From contig NC_045138.2 of the NCBI RefSeq assembly GCF_008831285.2, positions 38,874,001 to 38,938,000 of the forward strand: a DNA stretch of 64,000 bases, read 5' to 3'. The stretch is from Nymphaea colorata (taxonomy: Eukaryota). This document shows, in pieces, positions 1 to 12,929 of the stretch (within the stretch, counting starts at the first letter, position 1; every line of letters begins with the position of its first letter). The position numbers were made by a program, and so were the translations under genes. The notes beneath the pieces are model-generated. The model ran no database searches and had not been told where the DNA came from. It saw nothing but the letters and a program-made list of their open reading frames with translations.

Positions 1-504
1 TACCTCTACATAAAGAATCAAGACTGAACATATACCCCTAGGAGCATTAAGGGATTCTGGCTTGGTACAACTCTTAATCTCCTCTAGTTCTCTCCTCTTT
101 CATCCTTATTTAACCAAGTCAACAGCAGATGGAAACATCCAAGTTGAGAGCAGGTGGACACAAGCTTGATCTAATGTGGCATTGAACCTACCATTAAAAG
201 TACTCTTATAGCTTTTGCAAACTAGATGTTTTAGGACTCCCAAAAAAGTTTAGCAGATAAAAAATGGGTCTAGTACATTGTCAACTATTTATAGGGAAAC
301 CTTTGTGAGGTGCATCAAACAACATCAATTTTCAGATACAGAACCTTCTATTCAACTAAGTTGAATTTATATGATCACAAAATGTTAATTTAACTTAAAT
401 ACGAACACAGAAGATAAACAATAGTCCAACTGCAATTCAAAATCAAAGGCCAAAGCAGTAGAACCATGGACCTTAATGCATGTGATTGCAAGATGTGCTC
501 TTAC

Positions 505-753
505 CTAGTTCATCTTGCTTATGCATCAGGATGCCCTTCTTCCAGAGTATGCCAATGATCAAGAATATCAACAAGAAGAGAGACATCACACTGGCCACAA
601 TGCCGATGACAAGTTTCCTGTCAATACCTTCCTTGGGAGGATTAAATTCTTCCATATAGACCAGGCCAAAGAAACAACCATATCAGATAGTCAGAAAGTG
701 CAATTATCAAGTCATGGAAGAGATTAACAATAAAAGTAATTTGTTTAAAATTT

Positions 754-787
<34 letters not shown>

Positions 788-3700
788 CCTGTTTCTCCTT
801 TCATGCATACAGGTATAACAAGGCACAAAGTCAAGGACTTGCAGATTGGATTAGATGCTGATGTAGCCCTAAAATTCTCAATGCAGTGGTTATAAATTCA
901 TGTGACATCCCAGAACTAGGATCAATTTCACAAGTTGCAGTTTTATATCATACGTGCTAGTGCAATCTAGTCTATACAGCCAACTGTTACGTCCAAGAAA
1001 CTCAGCCAAGGTTGCTTTGTCGCAGTTTTTTATGCCACTATACGTTATCAACATGTGATACCAAAGTTATTCTATTTCTCCACTCCACTCGCACATAAAG
1101 ACAACTAAATGATGCAGGAACCGGAGTTGCACCATTTCTTTCTTAACAGTTTACTGCATATTCATATGAATAGACAAAAAATTCAGTATTCCACATTTTT
1201 GATGATCACTGGAAAACCATACATACTGAGCACCATGTTCTTGTCCTAGACAGTGAGATCCTTCTCAAATATTTCCACATTGGTTACTGCATATTCATAT
1301 GACAACAAATTCAGTGTTCCACATTCTTGACGAGCACAGGAAAACCATATATACTTTAGCACCATGTTCTTGTCCTAGACAGTGAGATCCTTCTCAAATA
1401 TTCCACATTCCTTATCTGTTTTTTAAGAGGAATATGCACAGAAGGTGGAACTATAAAAATACATGGGAAAGCATAAAGAAAAGAACTTTTATTGAATAAA
1501 AGAGAGATACCAGATTCAACTGAAATAGCAGAAACCAGAGGACCATATGTTCCAGCATATGGCATTCCTGTAGTGCCTTTTCCAGCCCAAAAGAAGTGAA
1601 TCTCCAGTATGTTATTTGTTACGTTCACACTTTGAAATGTCCGAACGGTGGCCTTGTTGGAGCCATTGGCAGCCTCTTTTATATTGAAATCCTTGAGTTC
1701 TAGCTTCCCCTGCATTTCCATGATTAAATGTTAACTCCTAAAAGTTCTCCCAGAAACTGTTAAGCCAAACTTTTCTTACCTGAATATACACATCAAATAT
1801 ACGCTTCCCCAAGCTGGTATAATTTTTGTCATCTGTTATTACTATTTCAGAAAAGTAAAGCCTCACTGTGTAAGGTCCGTTCCACAGACATAGCCCATAG
1901 TATTTGAGAGAGAGTGGAGAAATTCGTGCTGTTCTGTATAGGTCTGGGTTTGGCATAGATAGTGTTGAGTTGGTGGAGACGGTGTATTCATCAGTGTCAT
2001 CATTATTGTCCATTATAGTTCCAGTGCTACTTAATGCCCAGTTTCCTTGAGGACTCGGAAAGAAAGCTGCACCACCATTTATTGCAGTATCTCCTTCAAA
2101 TGTTGTGTTGCCAATGGTAACTGATTTACTGCTCCCACATTTCACATGAAAAGAAGAGTCTGCAAAACAGGAAAGCAAACTATGCGAGTTAAAATACTGG
2201 AGACGCCAAAGATCTCTGGATTTGGGCTCAAAAGAAAGACAAACAAGAAAGAAGCTCACGTCTTTGTTTTCGAGCATTGCAAGGAGAAGCTTTCCTCAAG
2301 CAAGGATGTATGATGTGTCTGCATGTACATGCAACACGGAAAAATGTCTAATTGAAAAGGGCATTAACTACTATAAAACATCTTGGGCTCGTAGGCACAA
2401 TAAGAAAACAGTAAACGCCCTAAATACAATAAGAAAAAAACTCTAAAGAAATTTATACCACAAGCCAAAACAGCATAGTGAATAAAGAAAGCTTACTCAT
2501 TTGTCAGCACTTCTGGGAAGCTCTCAACTAAATTGCTGAAGATTGACAATTCAGATATCAGTTAGAAGCATGAGAGATTGTAGAGAAACGTAAGAGTCAT
2601 AGGGAGGTGGATCATGAAGAAGCACGAAATAGAAATGGAGGCAGTAAGGTTCTTACGTTTTTCCTGCGCCCCCACAATTATCTGATACATCAGAATCAGT
2701 GTATGTGAAGTTGTTGTATGACAAATCCCTACATAACATTGACAAACGTCAACATGAAAGAGACACCAGACATAAAGCAAGGCAGAAAACCAAAGTGTTA
2801 TTGTTGAGAGCCACAATTCTGAAAGAACTTATAGTAAGACTTTATATGGACATCAAAGAAAAAGCGACTTCATGGGTGGATGATAAAGCAAATTTCACTC
2901 GGCAGATATTCATTTACAGGGAACTGCTGGAACTGCTCCTTATATCCTAGCATGTTCCTAGTGATTATTTTTAGACACCCTGTTCCTGTTTCACCAGTCA
3001 CCATCTGATGAGTTTCATCTGGAACCAGCTCAACCTCATGCATGAATCGGTCAGTAATTGATGAAGAGGCAGGCGAGCCAAAATGGTCTAGAGGAAAAAA
3101 AGAACTTCTAAACTAAAAAACATGGAGGGATTTTAAACTTGAATGAATAATTATGAAGAAGAAACATACACTTCAACTGTAGTGCTTTTTATCCAATCAG
3201 GAATGACGCCAGATAAGCTATTGTTTGTCAGATACCTGCACCCAGAGACGGGAGAAGTTTTAGAAACATTTTATCATGTTAGAGTTGCCAATTATTTATG
3301 TGAGTACATAGAAAATAATCCATAAATACTATCAATTAAAATGAGTTCACCTACACGAACATTAGCCGATCAATGGACTGTAAAGAGTTTGGTATTCCAC
3401 CAGTCAAGTTGTTAAAGCTTAGATCTCTGCGAAGGAACAAAAAGCAACGTAATCTATGCAAGGAATAACAGTTATCAGGAATATTCTGCTCAGAACCTTC
3501 AGTTTACTTTACTCTATTTATTAATAATTCACTTACAGTATTCTCAGGATCTTGAATTGGCCAATATAATCAGGGATTTGACCAAAGAGCAAGCAGTTCC
3601 TCAATATCCTAAACAATATAATGACATTCTCTTAATTTGATCCCTTGATAAGTGGAACTGGTACAACCATAACGCAAAAGACAATGTGGGAATTATGCTT

Positions 3701-6700
3701 ACAAGCGCCATAATTTTTTTTGTCTGCTCAAATCAGGGAAATTTGTACTTGTTCCAATTATGTCACTGATCCTCCTGTAATTGGTGAAAACTGAACGTTG
3801 TAATATTGTGACAACATTATCATAACTGAAATTTTAGTGAGTTGATAATGGAACACACAGCTGCACTAGATTTTCCAATTTACTGATGCCAGCTGGAATA
3901 GGCCCCGCCAGATTAGTGCCCTGAATTTCTCTGAAACAAAATCTTGCTGGAAAATCAGTATCAAAGATAGAAGTTTCTGCCAGTCATTCCTAATGTAGCT
4001 GATAAAACTTACAATCTTTGCAATTGTGTCCAGTTCCCAATAAAGTCAGGCAGCTTCCCGGACAACCCAAGGCTATTTATCCTACTGCAGTGCAACCAAC
4101 CTTTTAGTTACTCAGCGATTATGAGTTCTTTAAATAATTCCATATGTCAAATATATCTTGATTTGTAAAAGTAAAATCAAAGTTTCTGATATAATTTTCA
4201 AAGTGTAAGCATTTCAAAAAGGTTCCTTATTGGTCGAAACAAGTGCTTTTCAAGAAGTGTGATGATGACTTTACTCGAAAATAACTGATAAGAGAAAGAA
4301 GGAATCTTACAAGTCAGTCATACTTGTCAACTTGGCCAAAGTTTGTGGCAATGCTCCTGTAAAATTGTTTGAACTGAGGACCCTGCGTTCAAATTTAATC
4401 ACTTACCAGTGAGGCATCGTAAAGGCCACAAGAAAGTTTCCAAATGGAATCTATCAATGGTAATCTTACAATTTCTGTAAATTGCTCAAGTTTCCAATAT
4501 GTGGGGGTATTTCTCCAGAAAATTGATTTGCTTCAAGTATTCTGCAGTTCCAACCCGCAGAAGCACCAAGTTAAGTGACATTTTGTGCTACCAATTTCAC
4601 CAGAACCTTAGAAGAACTTTGAAACCTACAGTTGCTGAAGTGTGACCATTTCTCCAAGTTGTGTTGGAATAGGACCCGATAGGCGGTTTCCATATAGAGT
4701 CCTGGAGACAGTAACGAAAATCTTGGATGAATCATAGACACAAAAGACAAAAGACAAAAAGTAAGGAACTTGCCAAATTATTCTAAGCATGATTATTAAC
4801 ATATTCTGTACTAACAGATTTAGGATCTTCACCCCGGTAAAGTACTAAGTAGCAATCATAGTTACAGATTCTCATAACCTATGATCTATCCTTTGCTTCA
4901 TAGTTAAATAACGTGTACCGGACTGATGGGGTTCAAATTTTATCTAAAGATTTTTAATGGATTCCCATGTTCAGAACGCCAGGGCCAAATTCTTGTTGCT
5001 CTTTATGAATCACAGATCTGATACTGTCCAACACTACATCTTTGTTCTTCAAAAAGTCATCTTAGACACGACGAGGTCGTATATAGTGCACATAATCTGT
5101 CAAAAGCAATGTCAGTTATCGGAAAAGTCATTTTGGCTCAAACATTTATATTCCGATGGTCAACTCTGGTTATTGGAGGGTTTCCTAGCTCCCCTCCTTG
5201 TACAGTTGTACTTCTTAAAATAAGAACTATTCGGAAGTTTTTATGAAGTAAAATAACTTAAGATATATCCGCAAATAAATATGAAACCTATAAGAGCTAC
5301 AATCAGTGTTGTCAATATTGTGCCGGCTCGGCTCAGCTCGGCATGTCACGTCTCGTCTCAGCCCGATGTGCATTATACTCGCCCGTTGCCAAAAAAAAAA
5401 AATTGGGTCGATACACATTTAAGAAAGTACTTCTCTTCTCAATTATTTTAATTTGGTCTTTAATTGTTTTTTAAACAAAAGATAAACGGAGAGAGGCTGA
5501 TATCCAATAAGTAAGCAGATACGCCGCCATTTCCAGTAGGCTAGACCATGAGAGCCATTCTAATCTGTTCAGAATTGTACTTTCAATTAGAAGAATGCAA
5601 CTGACAATTAGATTTTTGAAAAAGAAAAATCTAAGCTCTCCGTTTAATTTGGTCCGAATTTGTGCAGGGGGATCAGCTATTTGCGAGTTCGCTAACCATT
5701 TTTCCATCCTAAATCTCTTCAAAGTTTTTACTGTGAAACAGTGATGAGAGAGAGATGGGCGATCTTACAGATTGACAAGTCGGGCGGCGCCCCACTCCGG
5801 AGGTATTGGACCGCTCAGATAATTCCTGGTGACATTACTGGCAGCAGCAGCAAATACAGTAAGACGAAAAAGAGGAAAGATACAAGAAAAGAAGTCTGTT
5901 GCTCAAGACAAACTGGATCCATCATCGATATTCAAGGAAAACTGAAGATGGTAATTCGCCAAAACGGGAGAGAAAGGGCTTACAACTGGGTAAGGAAGGG
6001 GAGCTCTGTCAGTTCCTTTGGAAGTGTTCCAGCCAAACCTTCTTTCGTGAGCGCTCTGCAAGTACGTGCAGATTCTTCAAAGGTTGCTTTGCATGTAAAC
6101 TACTTTAAATCTTCATCCACATCAACATTATGCATATACAAGAAAGAGATCGAGAGGCATTACATGCTGGTAACGTGGCAATAGGTGGAGTTTTGAGGGC
6201 ATTGGCATTCAAGAGAAGGCCAGGCTGTGTTTGGAGGGAACCAGCTACAGGGATCAGCGCTGAAGTTCCAATCCTTCTTGCCCAGCACCTCAGCAATCCG
6301 CCGGAGAGCAGTCACTGTCACATCCCCCAAAAAATCCAATCAGTCTCTTCGGTGGAAGATCACAGAACACTTAGACCCACTACGCATTTTCATATCCATC
6401 TAAACGAATTTCAGAAAGTGTAGCCGTATTGGAAAAGAACACAAATTTCATCCAAGCAAACAATCATTAAGAAACATATACTTCCTCAACAGTGTGATAA
6501 CGATAACTGCTACTGCTTTCTCTGATCTTATAAGGTATGAATAAGATCAAGTTATTATATTCCTGCTATTGAGTTTAAATAGATTTTTGTAGTTCTGAAA
6601 GAAAAACGAAAAAATGAAATGTTCTTTAACAACACAAAACTTGGTAGTGGCTATACCTTTCGAAAGATTCAACTACGAGAAAAAGATTTTGCTCTCACCC

Positions 6701-8468
6701 ATTTCAAGATGCACCGTGGAAGACTGGTTTAGTTTAGAAAAGTCATATAGACTATTCATCCGCTTAGTAAAATAACATGAAATATCTGGAACACAACTAC
6801 AAACCATAATAAATAAAACGACTTGAACCCCGTCTCGCCTAAACCGACAAATATGGTTTCACATAGAACATTGACCAAACCCACCCGTCCGATCTCAGCT
6901 ACCTTTTACACAGTCGTCGACTCAACCTTATCAGGCAGAACCTCATCCGATTCGCAGCAGACTATATTTAATTAGTAGTAGAGCTAGAAATTTTTGACAC
7001 CTGATATTCCATTATTGAGGAAGGAAAGAAGGTGGTTTCGCCTCTGGTACAATTATTGGCAGCAAACAAAAATTTTTACTTTTTAGATCCCGTGACAATA
7101 TTTGAATTCAAATCCACGACCCGATTATATGTAGGGCTCGGATATTAGCATTGTCAGGTCCGGATTCAAATTTCAGAAATTCAAGTCAAATCTTATTGTC
7201 AATTCGATTATGAAAGATTTGATTTGGCTTAATATGGTAAAGAGAGAACAAACCCAAAACCCTAACCAATTGTATGTGGGTTGGTAGAGCAGGTGCAGTT
7301 TTGATTAAAAAATGAAGTCAATGTTAAAAATGATAAAAGGGACGAAAGAAATTGAGAGCAATGCTTGAACTTAAACAGCCGCCTTTCGATGGAAACTACT
7401 AAAGTAAATATTTAAGTTACAAATTTGTCCTTTTTAATCAAAATTACCTTTTCTTTTCTCTTTTTTTTTTCGAGATGATTTTGATTAAGGAGGGCAGTTT
7501 TACAAATTGTTCTACTTTAGTTGTTTCTGAATTTTGAATTTTTTTTTCTTAAAAATAGAGCGGTTACGTGTTCACTCTTTAACGTTAAATTACGATTTTA
7601 ATTTTTCAAACAGTGATCTGTTATTTGTCCAAGGCAGCTCGTTGTATTTTAGATAAAAAAAACTCGAAAAACAAAATTAATTTCAAGAATTTAAGTTTTC
7701 ATTTTCCTTAGAAATGGGTTGAAGCATGGATGATGGATCCGACGCCAAATCGAGCAACTCTGGTTGGGCGCACTGGGGGGCTGACAATGGGGGAGGATTG
7801 AATCTCGGGTCCGATTGTCCGAAGATTGCTAAGGAGCTTGAGAGAATCGACCATGGCCGATGGTACCCAGATCTTAGCTCTGGCACCAACCACAGGTTCG
7901 TGAACAGGGAACGGTCAAGAATCTATCGGCAGGAACCAGATTTGCAGGGCCGGAAAAGGACCATGGCGGACTAAGGCATCTCTCTTTATGAAGGCGAAGG
8001 TCCGCGTATTGCATGGGAGGAAATTGTTAAAGCAAAAAAAAAAAATCTACTTGACATAAACCAATAAATGAGACGACGAGAATTTTTCTTCCCTGAGGAA
8101 AAAAAAGGAAGCCTTCCATTTTCGATCCGGAACCGATCACCGGGAAGAGTACTAGACGATGAGATTTTTTCTTCCCTGAGGACAAAAAAAAGGAAGCATC
8201 CCATCTTCGATCGGAAACCGATCACCGGGAAGAAAAAGAGAAGGAAATTAAATTAAAGCAGAGTGGGGTGTCGTTGCCGGTCGATCTTGAATAGGCGAGA
8301 CTGAGAGTACGTACCTTCTTTCGGATCCAAAACTTGCGGCGACTGCGCCGAAGAGGGATGAGGAGCAAGCAAGAAGGCAAGGCAGACGGAAGCAAGAAAC
8401 AGGAAGAAGGTGGGAGTTGCTCGAAGCCGCCGGCCACCGCCGCCACCACCTTCGCACCCGCCGTTCAT
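505..8468 (-). CDS. LRR-malectin receptor-like kinase (LRR-VIII-2 type), paralogue A; 3'-partial (kinase exons outside window)
   Basis: 19 GT-AG exons in continuous frame: 8468-8315 (signal peptide ...FLFLASVCLAFLLAPHPSSAQ), 6314-6164 (N-cap LGKKDWNFSADPC), LRR exons 6055-5984, 5837-5769, 4701-4630, 4541-4470, 4382-4311, 4084-4013, 3930-3859, 3774-3703, 3608-3537, 3426-3355, 3235-3170, 2728-2657, linker 2535-2497, 2318-2260, malectin 2159-1780 (FHVKCG...[33 protein letters not shown]...[10 protein letters not shown]) and 1709-1511 ([13 protein letters not shown]...[10 protein letters not shown]), TM exon 648-505 (LVIGIVASVMSLFLLIFLIIGILWKK). Confidence 0.92.
1151..1409. repeat. About 130-bp tandem duplication in RLK-A intron 18
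   Basis: TTACTGCATATTCATATGA...AGCACCATGTTCTTGTCCTAGACAGTGAGATCCTTCTCAAATAT(T)TCCACATT occurs twice (about 1151-1281 and 1284-1409). Confidence 0.9.
8072..8233. repeat. About 82-bp tandem duplication in RLK-A intron 1
   Basis: GACGA(C/T)GAGA..TTTTTCTTCCCTGAGGA..AAAAAAGGAAGC..CCAT.TTCGATC.G.AACCGATCACCGGGAAGA occurs twice. Confidence 0.88.
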
Positions 8469-8489
8469 AGTCGACGATCTCGACTTCGT

Positions 8490-9173
8490 TTGACGACCAC
8501 CACTTTGCTCTAGTGAAGGCTTTGCTGCCTCAAATTTCCTGCAAGGCCTTGGACTCCTGAATTGAACTCCCCCAAGAAGGCTCAGCGAATACACAGAGAA
8601 GGTGCCCTCACCGCAGAAACCTGCCTCTCTCTGTCTCTATAGTTCCGTTTGTGGACTCTCTTTCTTGTGCTTGAGTCCACACTTATCTGCTGAGTTAGAG
8701 AAGATACTTAGCAGCAGGATTTTTTTTTTCCCTGTTTCTTGACGTTGTCCTGTTGGCTTGACAAAGTTAAGACAGAGATGGGCAGCAGGAAAGGAGTTTA
8801 TTATTGCATGGAAAGCGAAGGGCAAGAAAATCTCTCCCGCCGCTAAACGTCAATCAGCCAGCCCTTTCGAATGTGGAGAGAGAAAAGAGACTATCTTTTT
8901 TCAAGTCTCTGACTTTCATGTTGCTGTCAAAGAGACGACGGCTGGCAGTTTTGACGTCGTATGATAGGCGAACGGAATCACGTAGATGGTTGCCGCCAGT
9001 GGCGCCACCACTTGCCGGAAAACTTCCTGCCCTCTCTTGCGAACATTTAAAGATCACGCCGCCTCCGCTTCGTTCTTCCCTTTGGCAGTGGGCTCCGTCC
9101 CAACCGAGTCAAGTCGCAGTGGGCCAAAACTGTGTGTACATAGAACAATGGTAACTCGTTTTCTCACAGTCAA
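8490..9173. promoter_or_regulatory. Cluster of TTGAC/TGACG cores upstream of RLK-A
   Basis: TTGAC cores (either strand) at 8490, 8739, 8758, 8849, 8926, 8951, 9108 and 9169. Four carry TGACG and two are full W-boxes (AGTCAA). Confidence 0.4.
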
Positions 9174-9997
9174 TCGCTGTTGCACACGAGATCTTTGAAT
9201 GGGAGACAAGATTCCTTCAAAGGTGTTGCTTCCTTTCTCTTTGTTGAAAGTTTTCTTCCTTTTCAATCAGCCAGAGGTGAAATTTTCACTTCCAAAAGTC
9301 TGTCTGCTCGTTCCCATTAATCTTCTCCAAAGGAAGGAAAAGTTGGTCTAAGAAGCCCATATCTACAGTTTCCTTGGCGTGTGAGCATTTCTCATTGCTC
9401 AAGATATACAGAGGTTTCAATTATTCGTTGGCCAAAAGAGACGAGATTAAGTCTTTTCAGTACTGGCTGGATGATAAGCATCCCCAATGAAAAAGCAAGA
9501 TTTGAAAATGGCATGGAAATTGTTACTTAGACCATATACATAGTCAAATACAATTAGGCTTGCTTGAGGGTTTGGGTTGCATCTTTTGACTCGGGTATTG
9601 AGAAACCATGTTTTTATTAAAGCAGAATAGAGTGGAAGGTCAAATATCTTTAATTTACTAGTTCCCTTCCTTGATTTTAAGAACCGCCAAGTTGGTGATT
9701 ATTTTATGTTTCTTATGAGAAGGGATCTTCTCAATAAAGTTTTAGTCTTCCTTTATAGAATCATGGTTGTGAAATAGATAAAACAAAATAAATAGAGAGA
9801 GAAAGAAAGAAAACTTAGGTAAAAAAGTAAGAGGTGGCATTAATCAAACACTCAATGTACATAATCTACGGATAACATTGCACGTGGTGTGAAGAAAGAA
9901 AGTTGGCTGCCCTTATAACGAGGTCAATCATCAAAATAAATGCACCTACCAAGCCAACTAGTTGTAGGGCATCCCAATCTTCAATGCTGGTTGCTGC

Positions 9998-10033
<36 letters not shown>
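9998..10033. repeat. (AAT)n microsatellite
   Basis: About 12 TAA units seen directly. Confidence 0.95.
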
Positions 10034-10035
<2 letters not shown>

Positions 10036-10532
10036 TTATTATCACATGCAACGACTTAGAGACTTTGAAGTTTCAATATTATTCAACAATCACGTGGCTT
10101 TTTGGGATAAAGTAATAAGACCCCTACCTTTACTAATAAACAGCGCGATTGTATGTAAAAAAAAAGGAATTCAAGGAGACCCTGTTCGAGAACATAAAAC
10201 TTCATAGAAGGGACTCCATTCAAAAATGTAATGAAGAACATTACATTGATTACACGGTCAATGAAGAGGTGCATAAGAGAAGAGAGAGAGAGAGAGGAAA
10301 ACAAGGAGGGCCGACAAAATTGAAATTTATTGAAAAAAAAAAAACACTCGTAACATTGTGTCACCAGTCAACGAAGGCAATAGAATAAGATAAAAAGGTT
10401 AGGAAACAAAACAAGAACGAAAAACCTGAAGCACATGAACAAAAACAAGAGGAGAGGACGGAGAGAGCTAATCAGAAGTAGCAGTCAGCTGCAGCGAAGG
10501 GCAAGGTGGACATCTACCTTTAGGATGCGAGG

Positions 10533-10534
<2 letters not shown>

Positions 10535-10588
<54 letters not shown>
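10535..10588. repeat. Compound (TA)n(GA)n microsatellite
   Basis: Seen directly. Similar compound arrays occur at about 39720-39766 and 40966-41013. Confidence 0.95.
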
Positions 10589-12929
10589 CTAACTTCTCAT
10601 TAAGGAGTCCATAAGATATAAACCTTGAAACCAATCAGTCCGGATACAAGTGAATTGCAAAGTCTAGTAAGGAGTTTAGAGGGATGCAAACAATAACACA
10701 GAGAAAGACGGTGGTGGAAATATGGTGACGAATGTTATACAAACAGATAAAACCACTGCAAAATATAGTTGGGACCATGTATTTGTATCTAGCGTGCATG
10801 TACAACCATGTGTTTTGTTCGTAGAGAGGGAAAGAATCGATAAAATGAGAATACATAACAAAATTTGGAAACAAGAAATTTGGAAACAAGAAGTCCTTTA
10901 AATACAAGAACAAGAGAGAGAAATGTGATAAAAGGCCAAAATAATTAAAGGCGTTTGGAAGGATTATGAAAATGACTAATCTATTAGACAAAGAAAATAT
11001 AGCCACTTAAATTAATTTGTTACCATAAATTGACATTTTTTGGATTGACCAACTGCATGGTTCATATTTGTCCGCCGATTCACACACGGAGTCATCTACG
11101 CGTTCTCACTTGATGAAATCTATGAGTTTGCGTTGGATTCACCCATCCATCTCGTTATCCCATGTTTAATTATTGGTTCGTGGGTCGAAGATGGTTGTAG
11201 AGAATTGCATATTTGATATGGCAGGAACCTGTTTTCAATTGGAAAATTTGGACAAATATTTTTCTTTTTCTCTCCTTTTATCAGAATATCCGTTCCAGCA
11301 CGCTTACCTTCAGTCAGATGTCCAGAATGAAAGTTGATAAAATGAATGTTGAATTGAGTAGACCTGCACGTACGTGTTTGATGTGTTGGGAGTTGGAAAA
11401 GTAAATAGAGTTTATATACTGGCCACTAACCAAGTTTCGGAAATCAAATGCTTTGAGAATAAGAAGGATTTCCAAAATCAAGTGCGACAGAAAATTGTTA
11501 AGTGATGAACATAGCCAGCAGCCGAACATGATGTTCTGGTGTCCAATTCATGAGCTATGGACAAACCGAGCTGCCCAAGTTGATCTTTCTATTGTCAATG
11601 TCACATGGGTGTAGGTACAATACGGATTCAGGTATGAAGGTACGAGTTCGGACACAGTAATTTTGAAAGTCTCAAACAAAACATAAAAGAATTTAAAAGA
11701 AAATAAGAGAAAAATATAAAATCTTACTAGAAGGTAAATATAAAAAAAAAGAGAAAAATCAAAATTAAAGAAAAAATTGATTTTGAAAATATAAATTTAT
11801 TCCCCTTCACATGTCGGATGTGACAAACTTTTTCGGCTTACGATATAATTTTTAACAGTAAAAAACGATTAAAATATTAATTTTGATATTACGCGAATAA
11901 TATATTAATTTTAATTTTTTAGCCTTATAGTTTGAGCCTATTTCATATAAACGCGAAGCTTTTTCATTTTTCTTGCAGCAATGCTACGGAAAGCGTGTGA
12001 TTTTCGGTCGCACGATAGAAGTGCGGCTCTTTCCGTGCAACCGCTTTTTCCTTTTATGCCTTTCAAACAGCTGAATGAATGACATTGAAACTTAAAGCCC
12101 TTCAAAGGTTGGTCATGTTTTTAACTTTTTTATTTTATTAGTTTTCTTTTAATTAAGAATAATTTTAGTTTTGACATGAACCCAATAAATTCGAAAGTGC
12201 TAATGCTTTGTCATTTTACGTCAAAAGTGAAATGACATACTTCAAAATAAATTTACCCTAAGAAAAAAGTAAGCCTTTTCTTAAAAAATACAATAAGAAG
12301 CAGCATAAGAGTCATATAAATCATAAATTACCTACCTCAACTTATACAGAATTTATATAGAATGATGAAAACACCCTTCACATAAAATCACTCCCCCTTT
12401 GGCTGATCAAATATATTTTTGTCATCAAAAAAATGTTTTTTATCATTTCATGTCAAGAGTTCATGTTTTTAAAATTTCTCCCAAAAGTTATTTTACATTC
12501 ATGATCTTTCAAATCTTATGCCTCGTTTTGTAAATCTACATTCTTTCTTATCTTTTTTTTTTTTTAAATTGTCTATCTTATGTTTATTAAATGCCTCTGG
12601 TACTAATATGAATACATAACGATACATGATAAACAATTTCAGGGCATGCACATGTCATAAAAGCCTTTAGGCCCAAAGGAATAAAAAATCAAAGGATTTC
12701 TAATCATTGGTCGGCGCATCTCGCAGCGACGACTCGTGGCATCTTCTCCGACCAAAATGGGAGACCGTAGAGTATTGTGCTTGCTAGCATGTGAGTGAAG
12801 CTACTAATTTAATAAATTTAATATTTTTAGAGGCATAGCCTATGGTCCTCATATCCATTCTAAGTATACAAAGAACAATAATAGCTGACTGATCTAAGGC
12901 AGTCAAGCAGTGGATTCATCATTACTGCA

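Noticed and set aside
3170..6055. Regularly spaced similar 72-bp units resembling a repeat-spacer (CRISPR-like) array
   Set aside because: They are single-LRR exons bounded by GT-AG introns in a eukaryotic gene.
5741..6423. Plus-strand ORFs (147 aa, 97 aa) overlapping RLK-A
   Set aside because: Antisense shadows of RLK exons with no independent coding signal.
9866..10115. ORFs with poly-Asn or poly-Leu
   Set aside because: These are translations of an (AAT)n microsatellite.
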